DNA of 64,000 bases from Octopus bimaculoides (GCF_001194135.2 NC_069007.1:3492369-3556368); one strand, 5' to 3'; counted from the first letter of the stretch, positions 1 to 14,330 are shown. Notes: generated from the letters alone by a model not told the origin. Numbers and translations are program-made.

Positions 1-54
1 ATTGTCCAACCCATGCTAGCATGCAAAGCAGACGTTAAACGATGATGATGGCAT

Positions 55-99
<45 letters not shown>

Positions 100-857
100 C
101 AATAGGCTTCTTTCAGTATACTTCTACCAATTTAAACTGGTTTATATACCATCGACCACACGTCACCTACACCCCTCAACTTCAACCACTTGACTCTTTC
201 CTCTTACACTCGAATGAGTGTGGAAAACGTAAGACTGCAGTCACAGAAAAACTATTGTTCCACTGTGAGAAAAGTTCTATTGAAGTGTTAATTTAAATTT
301 TGCTATGGTGGATTGAATCCACTTCATGCCTGCATGATTCCCTACAAGTGTAATCACCTACCCTAGCCAATCCTTCATTTGTATTCTCTTTTGTACCTTT
401 AGAATACGATTCTTTCCAGCCATTCTCACCCACTCCTATATAATGCAAAATAGCCATGCATCTCTTCTATACCAAGAGCTTCTCAACACTTAACCTAAAG
501 GCACTCGGTTGAGGGAGGTGGACTCCTTTTTCTATCTTGCTAGTTACTTGGTGACCCCACTAGTGTCGGCGTCACGAAAAACAACATCCAACTCGTTGGC
601 GTCAGGAAGGGCATCCTGCCGTATACGCTATACCAAAGTAGTTATTGGAGCTCGTCGACACAGTTTTCTGTTTCTTTGGATCCTGTGAGGACGACTGACC
701 CATACCAGCATGGTAGACGGGCGTTAAATGACTTATATGTATACAGAGAGAGAGAGAATTAAACATACGCTTATATATATATATATATATTATACATATA
801 TTATACATATATATATACACGCGCGCACATATATATATATTTACATATATATGTATT

Positions 858-914
<57 letters not shown>

Positions 915-1002
915 GAGAATATACAAAAAATAACAACAGACGAGGACAGGTGGTGTAAATAACAAAAGTATATATTAGTATGACGCTCGGGAATACGGAA
1001 AG

Positions 1003-1039
1003 TCTTTGACGTTTCGAGCTACGCTCTTCAACAGAAAGA
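1003..1039 (-). ncRNA. Minimal type-I hammerhead-like motif (Penelope-type)
   Basis: Minus strand TCTTT CTGTTGA A GAGC-gta-GCTC GAAACGTC AAAGA: stems I and II pair, palindromic stem III, GUC site; A6 replaced by U. Confidence 0.6.
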
Positions 1040-1073
1040 ATACGGAGACAAGGAGAAAAACACGGAGAAAAAA

Positions 1074-1104
<31 letters not shown>

Positions 1105-1983
1105 CATACACACACAAATAATATGTACTATTCAAGATGAGAGACGAGGCGTAAAGAGAGAGAGAAAAAAAACAATAAAAATGCGAAGATCACAAGACGC
1201 TAACTTTGCATGTAAAGGAAAAGCCAGCGCGGGGATGAGTGAACGAGATTGAGGGAGAGTGAAAGTGGAACTACCAATAAAGAGAGAGAGAGTGTGTGTG
1301 TGTGTGTGTGTGTTTGCATGAGAGAGTGAGTGAGGAAGGAAGTAAAATAGATTCTATGAGAGAGGGAGAGAGAAACAAAGAGAGAAGGAGAAAAATAGGG
1401 AGAATGAATGGGGAAAGGAGAAAGATAAACTCTATGAGGGAGAGAGAGATATAAGCATAAAGATCCTAGAGAGAGAGAGGGAGACATAGAATGATAGAGA
1501 CTCAAACAAAGATCTACACAGAGAAAGAAAGAAAGATACAGAGAGAGAGAGAGGTAGGCTTAGTAGAGAGAGAGCGCGAGATGGTAGGCTTAGTAGAGAG
1601 AGAGTGAGAGGATAGGCTTAGTAAAGAGAGAGAGCAAATAAGAAAGAGAGATAAAGAAATAAAACGAGAGAGTGAGGGAGTATGAGTAAGAGTAAATGGG
1701 AAGAGAAAGGGGAGGTAATGAGAGAGGGAAAGGGTGAAAGGCAGAGTCTACGAGAGAGATACAAATATAAGTATTTACACACAGAGAGGGCGAGCGAGAG
1801 GATAGGCTTAGTAAAGAGAGAGGGAGAGAGCGACAGGAGAGGCTTATTAGAGAGAGAAAGAGAGAAAGGATAAGCTTAGTAGAGAGAGAGAGAGAGAGCA
1901 AACAGGAAAGATATACAGAATTAGTAGAGAGAGAGAGAGAGAGAGTAGAGGTATGTGTAAGAGTGAGACACTGGACTTACAAG

Positions 1984-2034
1984 ATGGCGGAACAAGCAAT
2001 GATGGAGTTGGAGAATGCAACCCAAATTGTTTTG
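1984..2034 (+). CDS. XPO4: XPO4 exon 1 (MAEQAMMELENATQIVL)
   Basis: aagATGG start context, GTATGT donor at 2035, phase 0 into APPDVV; resembles XPO4 N-terminal QLENAAKVL. Confidence 0.85.
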
Positions 2035-2460
2035 GTATGTTACTATAGACATTTCATCATGTATCAATATTCACTTCGTTTGATTGCCATTCGGGGACTG
2101 TTGCTCCCTCATCGTCCCTTCTTCTTCTCCCGACATACATCAATGTCGTCATTTCACACAATTTCCCTTCTCTCTGCCCGTTTTTCTTCCTCGTTCTTTC
2201 ATTCCAAAATACCATTTTAGATTCCCCGATTATTAAATACAACAAACCCCTCTCTCTGTGTTTATCCGAAGGGTTTCTTTCCTTTTTCTATATAAAGAAA
2301 TCCCACACGTATTTCTTCCCCCTATTATTTCATTCAACTACTCACTATATACCATGTGTTGGCGAGTGTATATATGCTTATCTACTCGATCTTTCGTTTA
2401 TTTAATACATGTTGTGTTTGTTAGAACAAACAGGATCGACGGTAGAACTCAATACACGAC

Positions 2461-2519
<59 letters not shown>

Positions 2520-2785
2520 NNNNNNNNNNNNNNNNNNNNNNNNNNNNNNNNNNNNNNNNNNNNNNNNNNNNNNNNNNNNNNNNNNNNNNNNNNNNNNNNN
2601 NNNNNNNNNNNNNNNNNNNNNNNNNNNNNNNNNNNNNNNNNNNNNNNNNNNNNNNNNNNNNNNNNNNNNNNNNNNNNNNNNNNNNNNNNNNNNNNNNNNN
2701 NNNNNNNNNNNNNNNNNNNNNNNNNNNNNNNNNNNNNNNNNNNNNAGACAGACAGATAGATAGATAGAGAGAGAGAGAGACAGAC

Positions 2786-2827
<42 letters not shown>

Positions 2828-3964
2828 ATGGATGGATAGACAAACAGATAGATAGATAGATTGTGGCTGTCGAGGCAGTGTTTTGCTACTCTGGAGTGTC
2901 GCCCGTGTCCACAGGGTCACCAGACAAATTACAAATAAATATATTGATCTCTAATATTGTATTGAGTACTCCTTTCGTCAACATCTAACGTGTGTGTGTG
3001 TATATATACACAATATACACACACACACAGCCTATACCCGTGGCATACCAATACAAGTGTGTTGATGTAGGTATGCTTATACACACATCAACATACACAC
3101 GCGAATCTGAATTTATATACACATCAACGTGTGTCCAAATACCCACGTATCTATACTGCTTATTTTATTTCCAAACGTCCTTTTTATTGTCTATAACGAA
3201 GTAGAATATTGCATTTACACATACATACATACATATATATACATACACATCGTCACCACGTATTAGAGAGGTTGTCAGCCAAAGTATTTATTTATCGGGG
3301 CACCCGTCACTATTAAAAATAATCCTGAATAACAGAAATCCCAGATCTCTAAGAGAAGATATATATATATTTGTATAACTAACAAGGTCTATTGTACACA
3401 ATATACACCAACGATAACTAGCTTTCTTCATTTACTGAGATTTTTTTAAGTGATACCTGATTATATTATTTTGTAATATTATTTTTACGTGTGATACCAG
3501 CAGGGTCCTATTTTGATTATCCACGCCAAGTGCTTCTTTATATGCATATATATATTCATGAGATCGTGTGTGGGTACGTGTATGTGTATATATGTATTCA
3601 GTGACACGTGAGACGGGAAAAAGTCGATGACAATACATGGGGCTTATGTGAATGTGATCGTTTCAAAGCTGGGGATTATTTATATATACACACATTTATA
3701 TAAACCTATTAACATGCAGCACACTGTCTCCGTCTCTATATATATATATATACACACGCACGCACGCATATCCACATGCGAGACACAGAGAATAGGAGGC
3801 CTTGCTATTTGAGGTTGATTCCTAATATAGCCCAGAAAATTGTTTATGTATAAGACAAAAGAATCTCCGAAATATACACATGCATCAGAAGAAAGAAATG
3901 TCTACTCACGAGTATATAAATAAATGTGACAGCATGCAGCATATACACACTCGTGTGGGTATAA

Positions 3965-4004
<40 letters not shown>

Positions 4005-4237
4005 GCGTACATATATAGACATGTATATATACATTCTCACAGACACCTATATGTACATACTTGTAAACACGTGTGTGTATGTATTTATATAGAGAGACAG
4101 TCAGACACACACAGGTAGATACATACACACACACACACACACACACACATCATACCTTCCTATTACAGCATCGACATTGTCCTACCCGTTATGACTAGCA
4201 TTGTATCACAAGAAAAAAATATTATAATCATTATTGT

Positions 4238-4268
<31 letters not shown>

Positions 4269-4472
4269 ACGTTGACCACTCACGTGGACACTTAATGTGC
4301 TAGAAATAGATCACATCTTGTGTCTACTAAGACCTAAATTGTTCTCAAAACAAATATATATATATATATTTGTATGTATGTGAATGTTTGTATATATATG
4401 TTTGTATATGTATATATGTATGTGTATATATATATGTATGTATATATGTATGTATATATATATATGTATGTG

Positions 4473-4503
<31 letters not shown>

Positions 4504-6536
4504 GCTGTGTCAATGATAGAATCGGTTGAGCATCGGTCAAAATAATACCTTGCGGTGTTTACTAACAGTTCTGTTACATTCTGAATCGAAGTCCAAATCC
4601 CACCAGGGCTTTGGCTTCGCCTTTCTAACCCTTCCCGGGTCGATAAAATAAGCATTAGCTTAATTACTTGACTTCGACCTACTTGTCCGTTATCCCCCAC
4701 CACCACATTTTCCATCACCGTCAGATATTGAAGAAAGGTNNNNNNNNNNGTTATTGCCTTCTGTTAACTATTATTGTGGTTAACAGGTGCGCCTTTGCCA
4801 TCAACGCCATAGCGGGACTCCAGGTCGTTCACAGTGTCCTGCAATCGTTGTTATTCCTGGTCAGGCGAGTTAAATGCTTCTTAGAATCCTCGTGACTCGC
4901 GAGCAATTTATTATTAAGGTAGAACGAAGTTCTTCACGCTGAGACTGCAATAGGGTTTCGAGTTCCGATTGGAGTCGTTTCGTGTCGTTAATGCATCTGA
5001 TTAATAATTTGCATGTCACAATATCTTGCCTTCTTTATTCTTTGCCCTGTCCACCTATGAAAATGTAACAAAGCTTTTGTAATTCAATCGTTAAGTTAGA
5101 AAGAATACATGGTTCGTACAAGACGGACCGCCGAGCCCCCGTCCATCAGCTGTGGGGGTTTATGATTGACTGGGCCTTACTAAACCTCTAAAATTGGCTG
5201 TGTAATTAGGTTAAGATGCTCGCTTTGCAACCACGTGTTTTCTGGTTCAATCCCATTGCGTGTCACCCTGAGCAAGTATTTTCTACAATATCCCCAGATT
5301 GACCTGTGTTTGGTAGGCGGAAGCTGCATAGAAGACCGTCGTGTGTATGTGTGTGTGTGTTCATCGCTTGACAACCGGTGTTGGTTTATTTACGCCATCG
5401 TAACTTGGTAGTTCTACAAAAAAAAAGTTTTGAGTAAGTACTAGACTTTTAAAAAAACAAGTTCTGGGATCGATTTGTTCGACTAAACCCTTCGAAGCAG
5501 TGCCCCAGTATGGCCGTAGTCCAGTGACTGAAAGAAGCAGAAGATAAAGATTGAAAAGTAAAGGTGTTTACAATAGTACCCGGAAACGAAAACAAATAGT
5601 GCAACGGGTGTAAAAAAAAATGTGTATGAAACGAATATGAAGACAAAAATGCTCGCAAAACAATGGGGCGCAGGTCGGAAAATTCACAAGATCCGAGTTT
5701 TCCCCTCATAACTTTGAAGAAAATGGATATCTTTCAATGAAATTTTATTTAAATACCTTTCAAACGGCATACATTACGGTTATAAAGAAATCTGTGGGGA
5801 AAATCTTTTCCCAAATATTCTTTCGCAACTCGATTTTTTTAAGATATCGAAGAATATTCCAAAAGAAATTTTTAACGTAGATTTTCAAAACAAGTTTTCA
5901 CCATTCTATCTTATTTTCGGGAACATTGTACCATAAACTCCACAGCCATACCTGCGCCTTGCGAATGAAATTTGGTAGACAGTAACTGTTGGAGATCATT
6001 GTGTGTGTTTGTGTTCACATTGGCACTGTTTCAATAGTGGTGGTCTTTTATCTATTATCTTTTGCTTGTTTCAGTCATTTGACTGTGGCCATGCTGGGGC
6101 ACCACTTTCAAGGGTTTTTATTTGAATGGATCGACCCCTAGTAATTTTTTTTAAAGATCCTTCCTCACCACTTCGTCCCACATCTTCCTGGGTCCACAGG
6201 TTTCTTCCACAATTAGAACTCGACACTTCTTTATGCAGCTGTCCTCATCCATACACACCACATGACCAAACCAGCTTAGTCTTCTCTCTTGCACACAACG
6301 TCTGATGCCTCAACATTTCCTGGAGATTTAATCCTTTAGCATTCGGATTATTCTGTTAAACACAAAGCTTATTTATTCACATAGTTTTGAATTAACCAGG
6401 CATTATTTCATAACTTCAAAATTTCAGTTATGAGATTGTTTATTTTTAGAATGACATTGTAGGGTAGGTGCGAGAGGCTGAATCTGACTGGCTTTAACAT
6501 AAAACATGCAAATTATTTGATTGTGGTATGGTTAGT

Positions 6537-6744
6537 TTAACCTCTTGGCATTCAGATTACTGTCAAATGTAATCCTTATTTATTCACATTGTTTTCAGTT
6601 AATCATGAATTATCTCAAAGCTTTGAGATTTTGATGATGTGATTGTTTATTTTTAGAATAACATTGTAGGGTAGGTGCGAGAGGCCAGACCCGACCAGTT
6701 TGAACATAAAGCCAGATATGACCAGTTTGAATGCTAAAGGTTAA
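6537..6744. mobile_element. TTAA-flanked piggyBac-like MITE (adjacent diverged copy 6329..6540; another at about 15480..15700)
   Basis: ttaacct...gcattc / gaatgctaaaggttaa ends; repeated body. Confidence 0.5.
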
Positions 6745-6749
6745 ACTAG

Positions 6750-7050
6750 CAATCACTGGTCTGCTCACAATAATCTAATACTTTATCTGATGAAATTAAC
6801 TGTCCATTTACCCCAAACTCTAACACCCTCTTCAGAACAAGTTCCTCAACACATGCCCTTGCCAGCCATTCCACTGATTCCTCCAACCCCAGCATCACCA
6901 TCAAGTCCTCAGTCCTCCTCTTATCAAACAACCTCACACCACACATTTCTTTCACCATTGCTCTCTCAGACATTCTCAAAATTTCCCTCTCTCTCCCTCA
7001 AAAACTACGCCTCACTCCCATACAGCATTGCAGCTCTCACACAACTCCTA
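6750..7050 (-). mobile_element. RTE-clade LINE 3' remnant
   Basis: MCGVRLFDKRRTEDLMVMLGLEE...VLEFGVNG resembles RTE ORF C-termini; a similar decayed piece lies at about 50270..50470 (+). Confidence 0.6.
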
Positions 7051-7811
7051 TAGATCTTTCCTTTCGAAAAGGCTTCATGATTATATATATATATACACAC
7101 ACACACACAGACACACACTCACACAGGTGTGTTGGTGCAAACAAAAAAAAATAGAATTTAAAATATGAGTATATTTTTATTAATATTTAGCAGAAGTAAT
7201 GGAGTTTGGTAAGTGCCAGTGCACGAAACTCTCTGAACTTGAGTCACTCTATTATTTCTTCTAAATATTAATAAATATATATAGGCATGTAAAAAACACC
7301 CAATACACTCTCGGAGTGGTTGGCGTTAGAAAGGGCATCCAGCTGTAGAAACTCTGCCAGATCAGATTGGAGCCTGGTGTAACCATCTGGTTCGCCAGTC
7401 CCCAGTCAGATCGTCCAACCCATGCCAGCATGGAAAGCAGACGTTAAACGATGGTGATGATGATGATGATTGGCATATAAGACACTGCTGAGACTAGTTC
7501 CATTCCTGCAGACCATTCTCAATTGCCACTCTGCATATTCAATGGAGAGAAGCCCCTCCCTTTCCAATTCAAGAGAAACTTTCTGTATTCTGTAACTGTC
7601 ACAATATACTTTTCTAGGCCTGAATTTTTTGTGGGGTGGAGGCCAGTTGATTAGATCGACCCCAGTACACAACTGGTATTTAATTTATCAACCCTGAAAG
7701 GACAAAAGGCAAAGTCAATCTCAGCAGAATTTGAACTCAGAACATAAAGACAGACGGTCATAATATACAAGCATTTCTCATGGCACCAGCACACTTTACA
7801 GATGCACTTTA

Positions 7812-8205
7812 CTCTACTCTTTTACTTGTTTCAGTCATTTGACTGCGGCCATGCTGGAGCACCGCCTTTAGTCGAGCAAATCGACCCCAGGACTTATTCT
7901 TTGGAAGCCTAGTACTTATTCTATCGGTCTCTTTTGCCGAACCGCTAAGTAACGGGGACGTAAACACACCAGCATCGGTTGTCAAGCAATGTTGGGGGGA
8001 CAAACACAGACACACATACATATATATATATATCTATACATATATACGACGGGCTTCTTTCAGTTTCCGTCTACCATATCCACTCACAAGGCTTTGGTCG
8101 GCCCAAGGCTATAGCAGAAGACACTTGCCCAAGGTGCCATGCAGTGGGACTGAACCCGGAACCATGTGGTTGGTAAGCATGCTACTTACCACACAGCCAC
8201 TCCTG
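7812..8205 (-). mobile_element. Representative copy of the most abundant SINE family (many more in window)
   Basis: Head ggagtggctgtgtggtaag...ggttccgggttcagtccc, body ttgggcaagtgtc; copies at about 9265, 9576, 14615, 21455, 24905, 31330, 35590, 39590, 52690, 59950. Confidence 0.8.
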
Positions 8206-9054
8206 CTTACATTTTTAATGTTTTCCGTGAATTTTTCATGGGTCCAGCTAGTAATTATTATTATTATTATTATTATTATTATACGTGCTGTATCTCCATG
8301 AAAAGTGGAAGTGTTGATTCACCATTATTCAAGGTCTTTGTTGTTTGTTTTGTTTCTAAGAAACTTGTTTGACACGTCAGTCACACAACAAATTCTCAAA
8401 ATGGTGGTTTTGGGCCAAAACTCTATCGACTATTCCTGCCTAATAATAATAATGATTGTTTTGACATGGCGCAAGGCCAGTCATTTCTGGGGATAAGGAA
8501 GTCAATTACATTGACCCCAGTGCCCAGGATGGAGGAAAGGTGAAGTTGTTCCCAGCAGCATTTGAACTCAGAACATAAAGGGCCAACAAATATACGTGCT
8601 AACAATTCTGCCATAATAATAATAATAATAATTAATTTTGGTTTTATTGGCCACAAGGGCTAATATAAATTAAAAAGATGTAAGGACAAAGACAGGATGA
8701 AGGTTACAAAGGGTTTCGTCCGAAAAGAAGAAAACGTTCGTGTAAACAGTGAGGAAAACAGAGAAAGATATATAACAAATAAAACTCCCAAGAGGGGGAG
8801 GTGCTTCGAAAGGTTACCCGTGGAAAAACCCATATAGTGAGCCTTTGTACTGGAAGCTCAAGGCCTCAAATATGGGGGGAAGAGATTAAGTTGATTACAT
8901 CAACCCCAGTGTGTAACTGGTACTAATTTTACCAACCCCGAAAGGATGAAAGACAAAGTTGACCTTGGCGGAATTTGAACTCAGAACATAAAGACAGATA
9001 AAATACTGCTAAGCATTTTGGCCGATGTGCTAATGATTCTACCAGCTCACTGCC

Positions 9055-9087
<33 letters not shown>

Positions 9088-12000
9088 GTAATAGTAATAA
9101 TAATAATAATAATAGCTAAAAAAAAAGTATTATTGTCATCAAGTGAACGATATTTCGACATCTCTTGTGTAATAATAATAATGATCCTTTTTACTATCGG
9201 CACAAGGACTGAAATTTTGGGGATAGGGATGTTCGATTACATTGATGCCAGTGTTTCACTGCTCAGTTATGGGGATATAAACACACCAACACCGGTTGTC
9301 AAGCGAGGGGACAAACACAGACACACACATACACACGATGGGCTTCTTTCAGTTTCCGTCTACCAAATCCATTCACAAGGCTTTGGTCAGTTTGAGGCTA
9401 TAGTAGAAGACACCTACCCAAGGTGCCACACAGTGGGACTGAACCCGGAACCATGTGGTTGGTAAGCAAGCTACTTACCACACAGCCACTCCTGTACCCT
9501 TGTCAGTTCTTTTTTTTTTTTTTGGTAGGGTATCTGAAACAAGGAAACTGAGGAGGTTAAAAAGGAAGTCATAGACATGGCAATGTGGTTAAGAAGTTTG
9601 ATTCCCAACCACATGGTTTTGGGTTCAGTGCCATGGTTGCATGGCATCTTGGGCAAGTGTCTTTTTACTAGAGCCTTGTGAGTGCATTTGGTAGACAGAA
9701 ACTGAAAGAAGCCCGTCGAATATATATATATATATATGCATGTGTTTGTCCCCCACCATCGCTTGACAACCGATATTGGTGTGTTTACATCCCCGTAACT
9801 TAACGGTTCAGCAAAAGGGACCGATAGAATAAGTACTAGGCTTACAAAGAACAAGTCCTGGGATCGATCTTATTTCTTTACTGCCCACAAGGGGCTACAC
9901 ACAGAGGGGACTAACAAGGACAGACAAACGGATTAAGTCGATTACATCGACCCCAGTGCGTAACTGGTACTTATTTAATCAACCTCGGAATTTGAACTCA
10001 GAACGTAGCGACGGACGAAATACCCGCTAAGCATTTCGCCCGACCTGCTAACGTTTCTGCCAGCTCGCTGCCCTCGTCCTGGGGTCGATCTGTTCGACTA
10101 AAGACGGTGCTCCAGCATGGCCGCAGTCAAATGACTGAAACAAATACCAAAAAAATGTAAAAGAAAGGGCTGCCCTTGTTCTTAAGACTGAATCACTTAA
10201 AAAAGAACGCGAGTCCTGCTGCTGGTTCTCCTGCAGATGGTTCCCCCACACACGGTACTCCTATTGCTTGTGCTACTACACTTACTATCTCACCGATGTG
10301 CTGTTTCTGGTCTCTGCCTCTCGTATTCACTATTACAATGGACTCTGAACTGGCTGGCTGGCTGTATGCCATTTTACATTTACAAATTTGTAGCTTTGTG
10401 CTACCTATACTAGAAACCATGTTGTTGTTGTGGTGGTGGTGGTGGTGGTGAATGGGGTGGATGGTTAAATCGGTAGATGCCTTGCAGTATTTAGTTACCT
10501 GTTTGTACAAATTCCACTTTGCTTTTTCATCCTTCTGGTGTTGCTAAAATAAGTACCAGTGGCATATGGTGGTTGATGTCACAGGTACACGCTACCATAT
10601 TGAACACACACACACACACACAGCACACATGCAAACATACACACACCCTTGTACATGCACATACACACACACATTTATTTTTGCTTGTTTCAGTCATTAG
10701 ACCATGGCCATGCTGGGGCACCACTTTGAAGAATCTTTAGTTGAATAGATCAAACCCCCAGTACTTTCTTTTATTAGGCCTGGTACTTATTTTATCAGTT
10801 TCTATTGCCGAACTGCTAAGTTATGAGGATGTAAACACTATTGTTGCCCTGGGCCTCCAACCAATTCCTTGTGAGTGAATTTGGTAGATGGAAACATTGT
10901 AGAAACCCACCATAAGTGTGTGTGTGTGTGTATGCATGCGTGTTCGTGTTTGCTCTTTCCTCCAACACCTTGACAACTGATGTTGGTTTGTTTACATCCC
11001 CAATGATTTAGCAGTTCAGCAAAAGACACTGAAAGAAAAGGAGCCAGGCATGAGAAAAACAAAAAAATAAGCACATGATACCGCTCCAGCATAGCCACAG
11101 TTTAATGACTGGAACAAGCAAAGCAAATAAAAGATAAATTAATGAGGTGACCCAGAAAATGGATCCCTCAATTTGAAACCATTTTAAAGTCGAGTAGTTT
11201 TTACCTGTCACTGTGGTGGTGATTAAATTTGTTCTCTTTTAATTGGTGATGGTCTTGTGCCAATGTAATTAAGGTATTTGCCCTCATTCAGTGAAATGGA
11301 CAATAAGGACATCAGGATTTTCTCTCAGGTGTCTGCTTACAATCACCTGGCACAGACATGATTTGCAGGTAATATTATATGATTGTGATTTTCCTTAGGA
11401 TTAATCTCATCTCTAGTGGGTGCATGGCTGTGTGGTAATAAATTTGCCTCTTGATCACATGGTTCTGGGTTGAGTCCCATTGCATGGCACCTTGAGCAAG
11501 TTGTCTTCTATTATTGCCTTGGGCTGACCAAAGCCTTATGAGGGGATTTGGTAAACAGAGACTAAAATAAGCCTGTTATATATATACATGTGTATGTGTG
11601 TGTATGTATATATATATATATATTTATATAAATAAGGATAAGATCGATATTTAAAATATTGATCTTATCAAGTGGCCAGCATGGGAATAAAAACCATCAA
11701 AGGTAATAATTATTTAAAATTATAATACAGGGTATCTAAGAGATACCGCTACGCTGAAAAATAGCAGTCAAATCCTGACTCTAAAACCACAATAAATGTC
11801 CACATAGCACAAGGAGCGAAGACGAAGACAAAATTTTGTCTTCGTCTTCGCTCCTTNNNNNNNNNNNNNNNNNNNNNNNNNNNNNNNNNNNNNNNNNNNN
11901 NNNNNNNNNNNNNNNNNNNNNNNNNNNNNNNNNNNNNNNNNNNNNNNNNNNNNNNNNNNNNNNNNNNNNNNNNNNNNNNNNNNNNNNNNNNNNNNNNNNN

Positions 12001-13846
12001 NNNNNNNNNNNNNNNNNNNNNNNNNNNNNNNNNNNNNNNNNNNNNNNNNNNNNNNNNNNNNNNNNNNATATTCTATTTTATTTATTCATTTGGAAAAATG
12101 GTGTCACTCAAGAAGGACTTCAGTCTGAACAATTTTTTGTTAAACTTAAATAAATCTGAGAATGAAATGGTTTTTATTTACTGCCCGGTGACTTTTGGCC
12201 AACCCTGTAAATACATATATATATATATATATACACAGACACACACAGGGTTGGCCAAAGGTCACCTAACAGTAAATTAAAACCCATTTAATTCAAAGAT
12301 TAAAACCAAAATTTGAGGGGAGATTCAGCGTGACACAGTGTGACAAGGCTGACCCTTTGAGTTACAGGCACAACAGAAACAGGAAGTAAGAGTGAGAGAA
12401 AGTTGTGGTGAAAGAGTACAGCAGGGTTCGCCACCATCCCCTGCCGGAGCCTCGTGGAGCTTTAGGTGTTTTTTGTTCAATAAACACTCACAACACCCGG
12501 TCTGGGAATCGGAATCGCGATCCTACGACCGCGTGCCAGCTGCTCTAGCCACTGGGCCTTTGCGCCTCCACATAATAATAATAATGAGAGAAAACGAAAA
12601 AAGAACAACACAACAAGTAAATTGAATATGACAAAAGCACAACAGTGTGTTTTATATGAAAGTTTGTTACTTTAAATATGTTTAATCTGATTAAAGTGTA
12701 CTTAATGATGTTTAAGTAGTCCTTCGTTTCTTTCTTTTTCTTCATCTTCACCGCGAACAGAGCAAAGCAGATTAATTGGCAGCTTGTGTGTGCGGCAGAG
12801 AGAGGGGGTGGGTGGAGAGAGAGAAAGAAAGCAAGGGAGTGTCTGTCTGTTTTGTTACATATTTAAAAACCTTGTCAGTTTATTTGTCTTGGTTTGATGC
12901 TAATAAGATATCTAACATCATCATCATCATCACTGCAGTATGGTTGCTTCACTGGTGAAGGCCATGGATTGGTTCCTGTATGATCCTTGCTTGTTTGCTC
13001 TGTACATTATATGCGGTAGGTCTCTTCTAACAAGGGATGGTTTCGGTTGGAACGTCTTTGAGTCTTCGATCGTGGGTCTGCCCAAATAAAGGCTGATCAG
13101 GGCCTACACAACATCTTCGTTTCAGCATCCACTTTTCCATGCTTCCACAGATCGGTTGAAATTTGAGGCAGATTTTTCTATGGCCGGATGCGCTTCCCTC
13201 TCCTGCTTCCAAGTAAGGTAATATTTCTCCATGGCCAGAAATGTTTTTCACAGGAGACTAGAAATAAATAACCGCGCTTGTACTATGATGACGTTCATTT
13301 ACAACCATCATGTGATGTCAAGATAAACATACACCCAAACATATGCTCATGCACACACACACACACACGCGCGTGCACGATGGAGTTATTTTAGGGTGAT
13401 GCTCCAGCATGGTCGCTATCCAATAACTGAAATAATAACGCACATTATATATATGTGTAGTGAAGGCACATGGCTCAGTGGTTAGAGCATCAGGCTGACA
13501 ATCACGCAGTAGTAAGTTTGATTCCCGGACCGAGCTGTGTGTTGTGTTCTTCAGCAAGACACTTTATTTCACGTTGCTCCAGTTCAATCATCTGTAGAAA
13601 TGAGTCGCAACATCACTGGTGCCAAGCTGTATCAACCTTTGCCTTTCCCTTGGATAACATCATTGGCATGAAGTGGGTGACTGCTGGTCTTCCATAAACA
13701 ACTTCACCCAAACTTGTACCTTGGAAGAGAACTTACCCTTTATATACATATAGTTCAACCCCATTATATATATATATATATCCACATGAGAAGCTAGTAT
13801 ATTCTATATCATGAATGTCTGTTCTTTCTCTCTCTCTTCTTGCTAG

Positions 13847-13952
13847 GCTCCACCCGATGTTGTCACTCCAGTGCAAAGACAGGCTGCAGAGAAAGTTGTT
13901 CTAGATTTCAGAAAATCCAAAATGCCTTATTCCACATGCAAGCATATTCTAG
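13847..13952 (+). CDS. XPO4: XPO4 exon 2 (APPDVV...KHIL)
   Basis: Pyrimidine tract plus ctag acceptor, GTAAGT donor; [15 protein letters not shown]. Confidence 0.95.
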
Positions 13953-14188
13953 GTAAGTGTTGCATTCCGTTTGCTTCATTGATGTGCAAATGTGCATCCA
14001 TATTGAGACTTGAGGGAGATTTGAATGCTTTTTCTACTGGTTCTTGTTGATTTGGTGTTTGATAAGAATGGATTAACTTTGATGGCAGATTGGTACATGA
14101 TTTGGCAGGAGTGGGTATTGGATGAGAGAAGTGTATTCAGGGTATATTATTGGGAAAACTGATGTTTTGATAACTGTTTTCTTTGCAG

Positions 14189-14330
14189 AAAATTGCCAAT
14201 GTGACTATGTATTATTCCAAGCAGCCACAACAATTAAAGAAGGCGTCGTTCGCGAGTGGTTGCTGCTTTCTTCAGAACAAATAGAGTCCTTGAGATCATT
14301 CCTTCTTCGCTTCATCACTCAACATGTGAG
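14189..14330 (+). CDS. XPO4: XPO4 exon 3
   Basis: tttgcag acceptor, GTAAGA donor; DYVLFQAATTIKEGVVREW. Confidence 0.95.

Noticed and set aside
10176-10510. Overlapping 91-aa and 105-aa ORFs in intron 1
   Set aside because: No recognisable motif or splice signals; partly built from a (GGT)n repeat.
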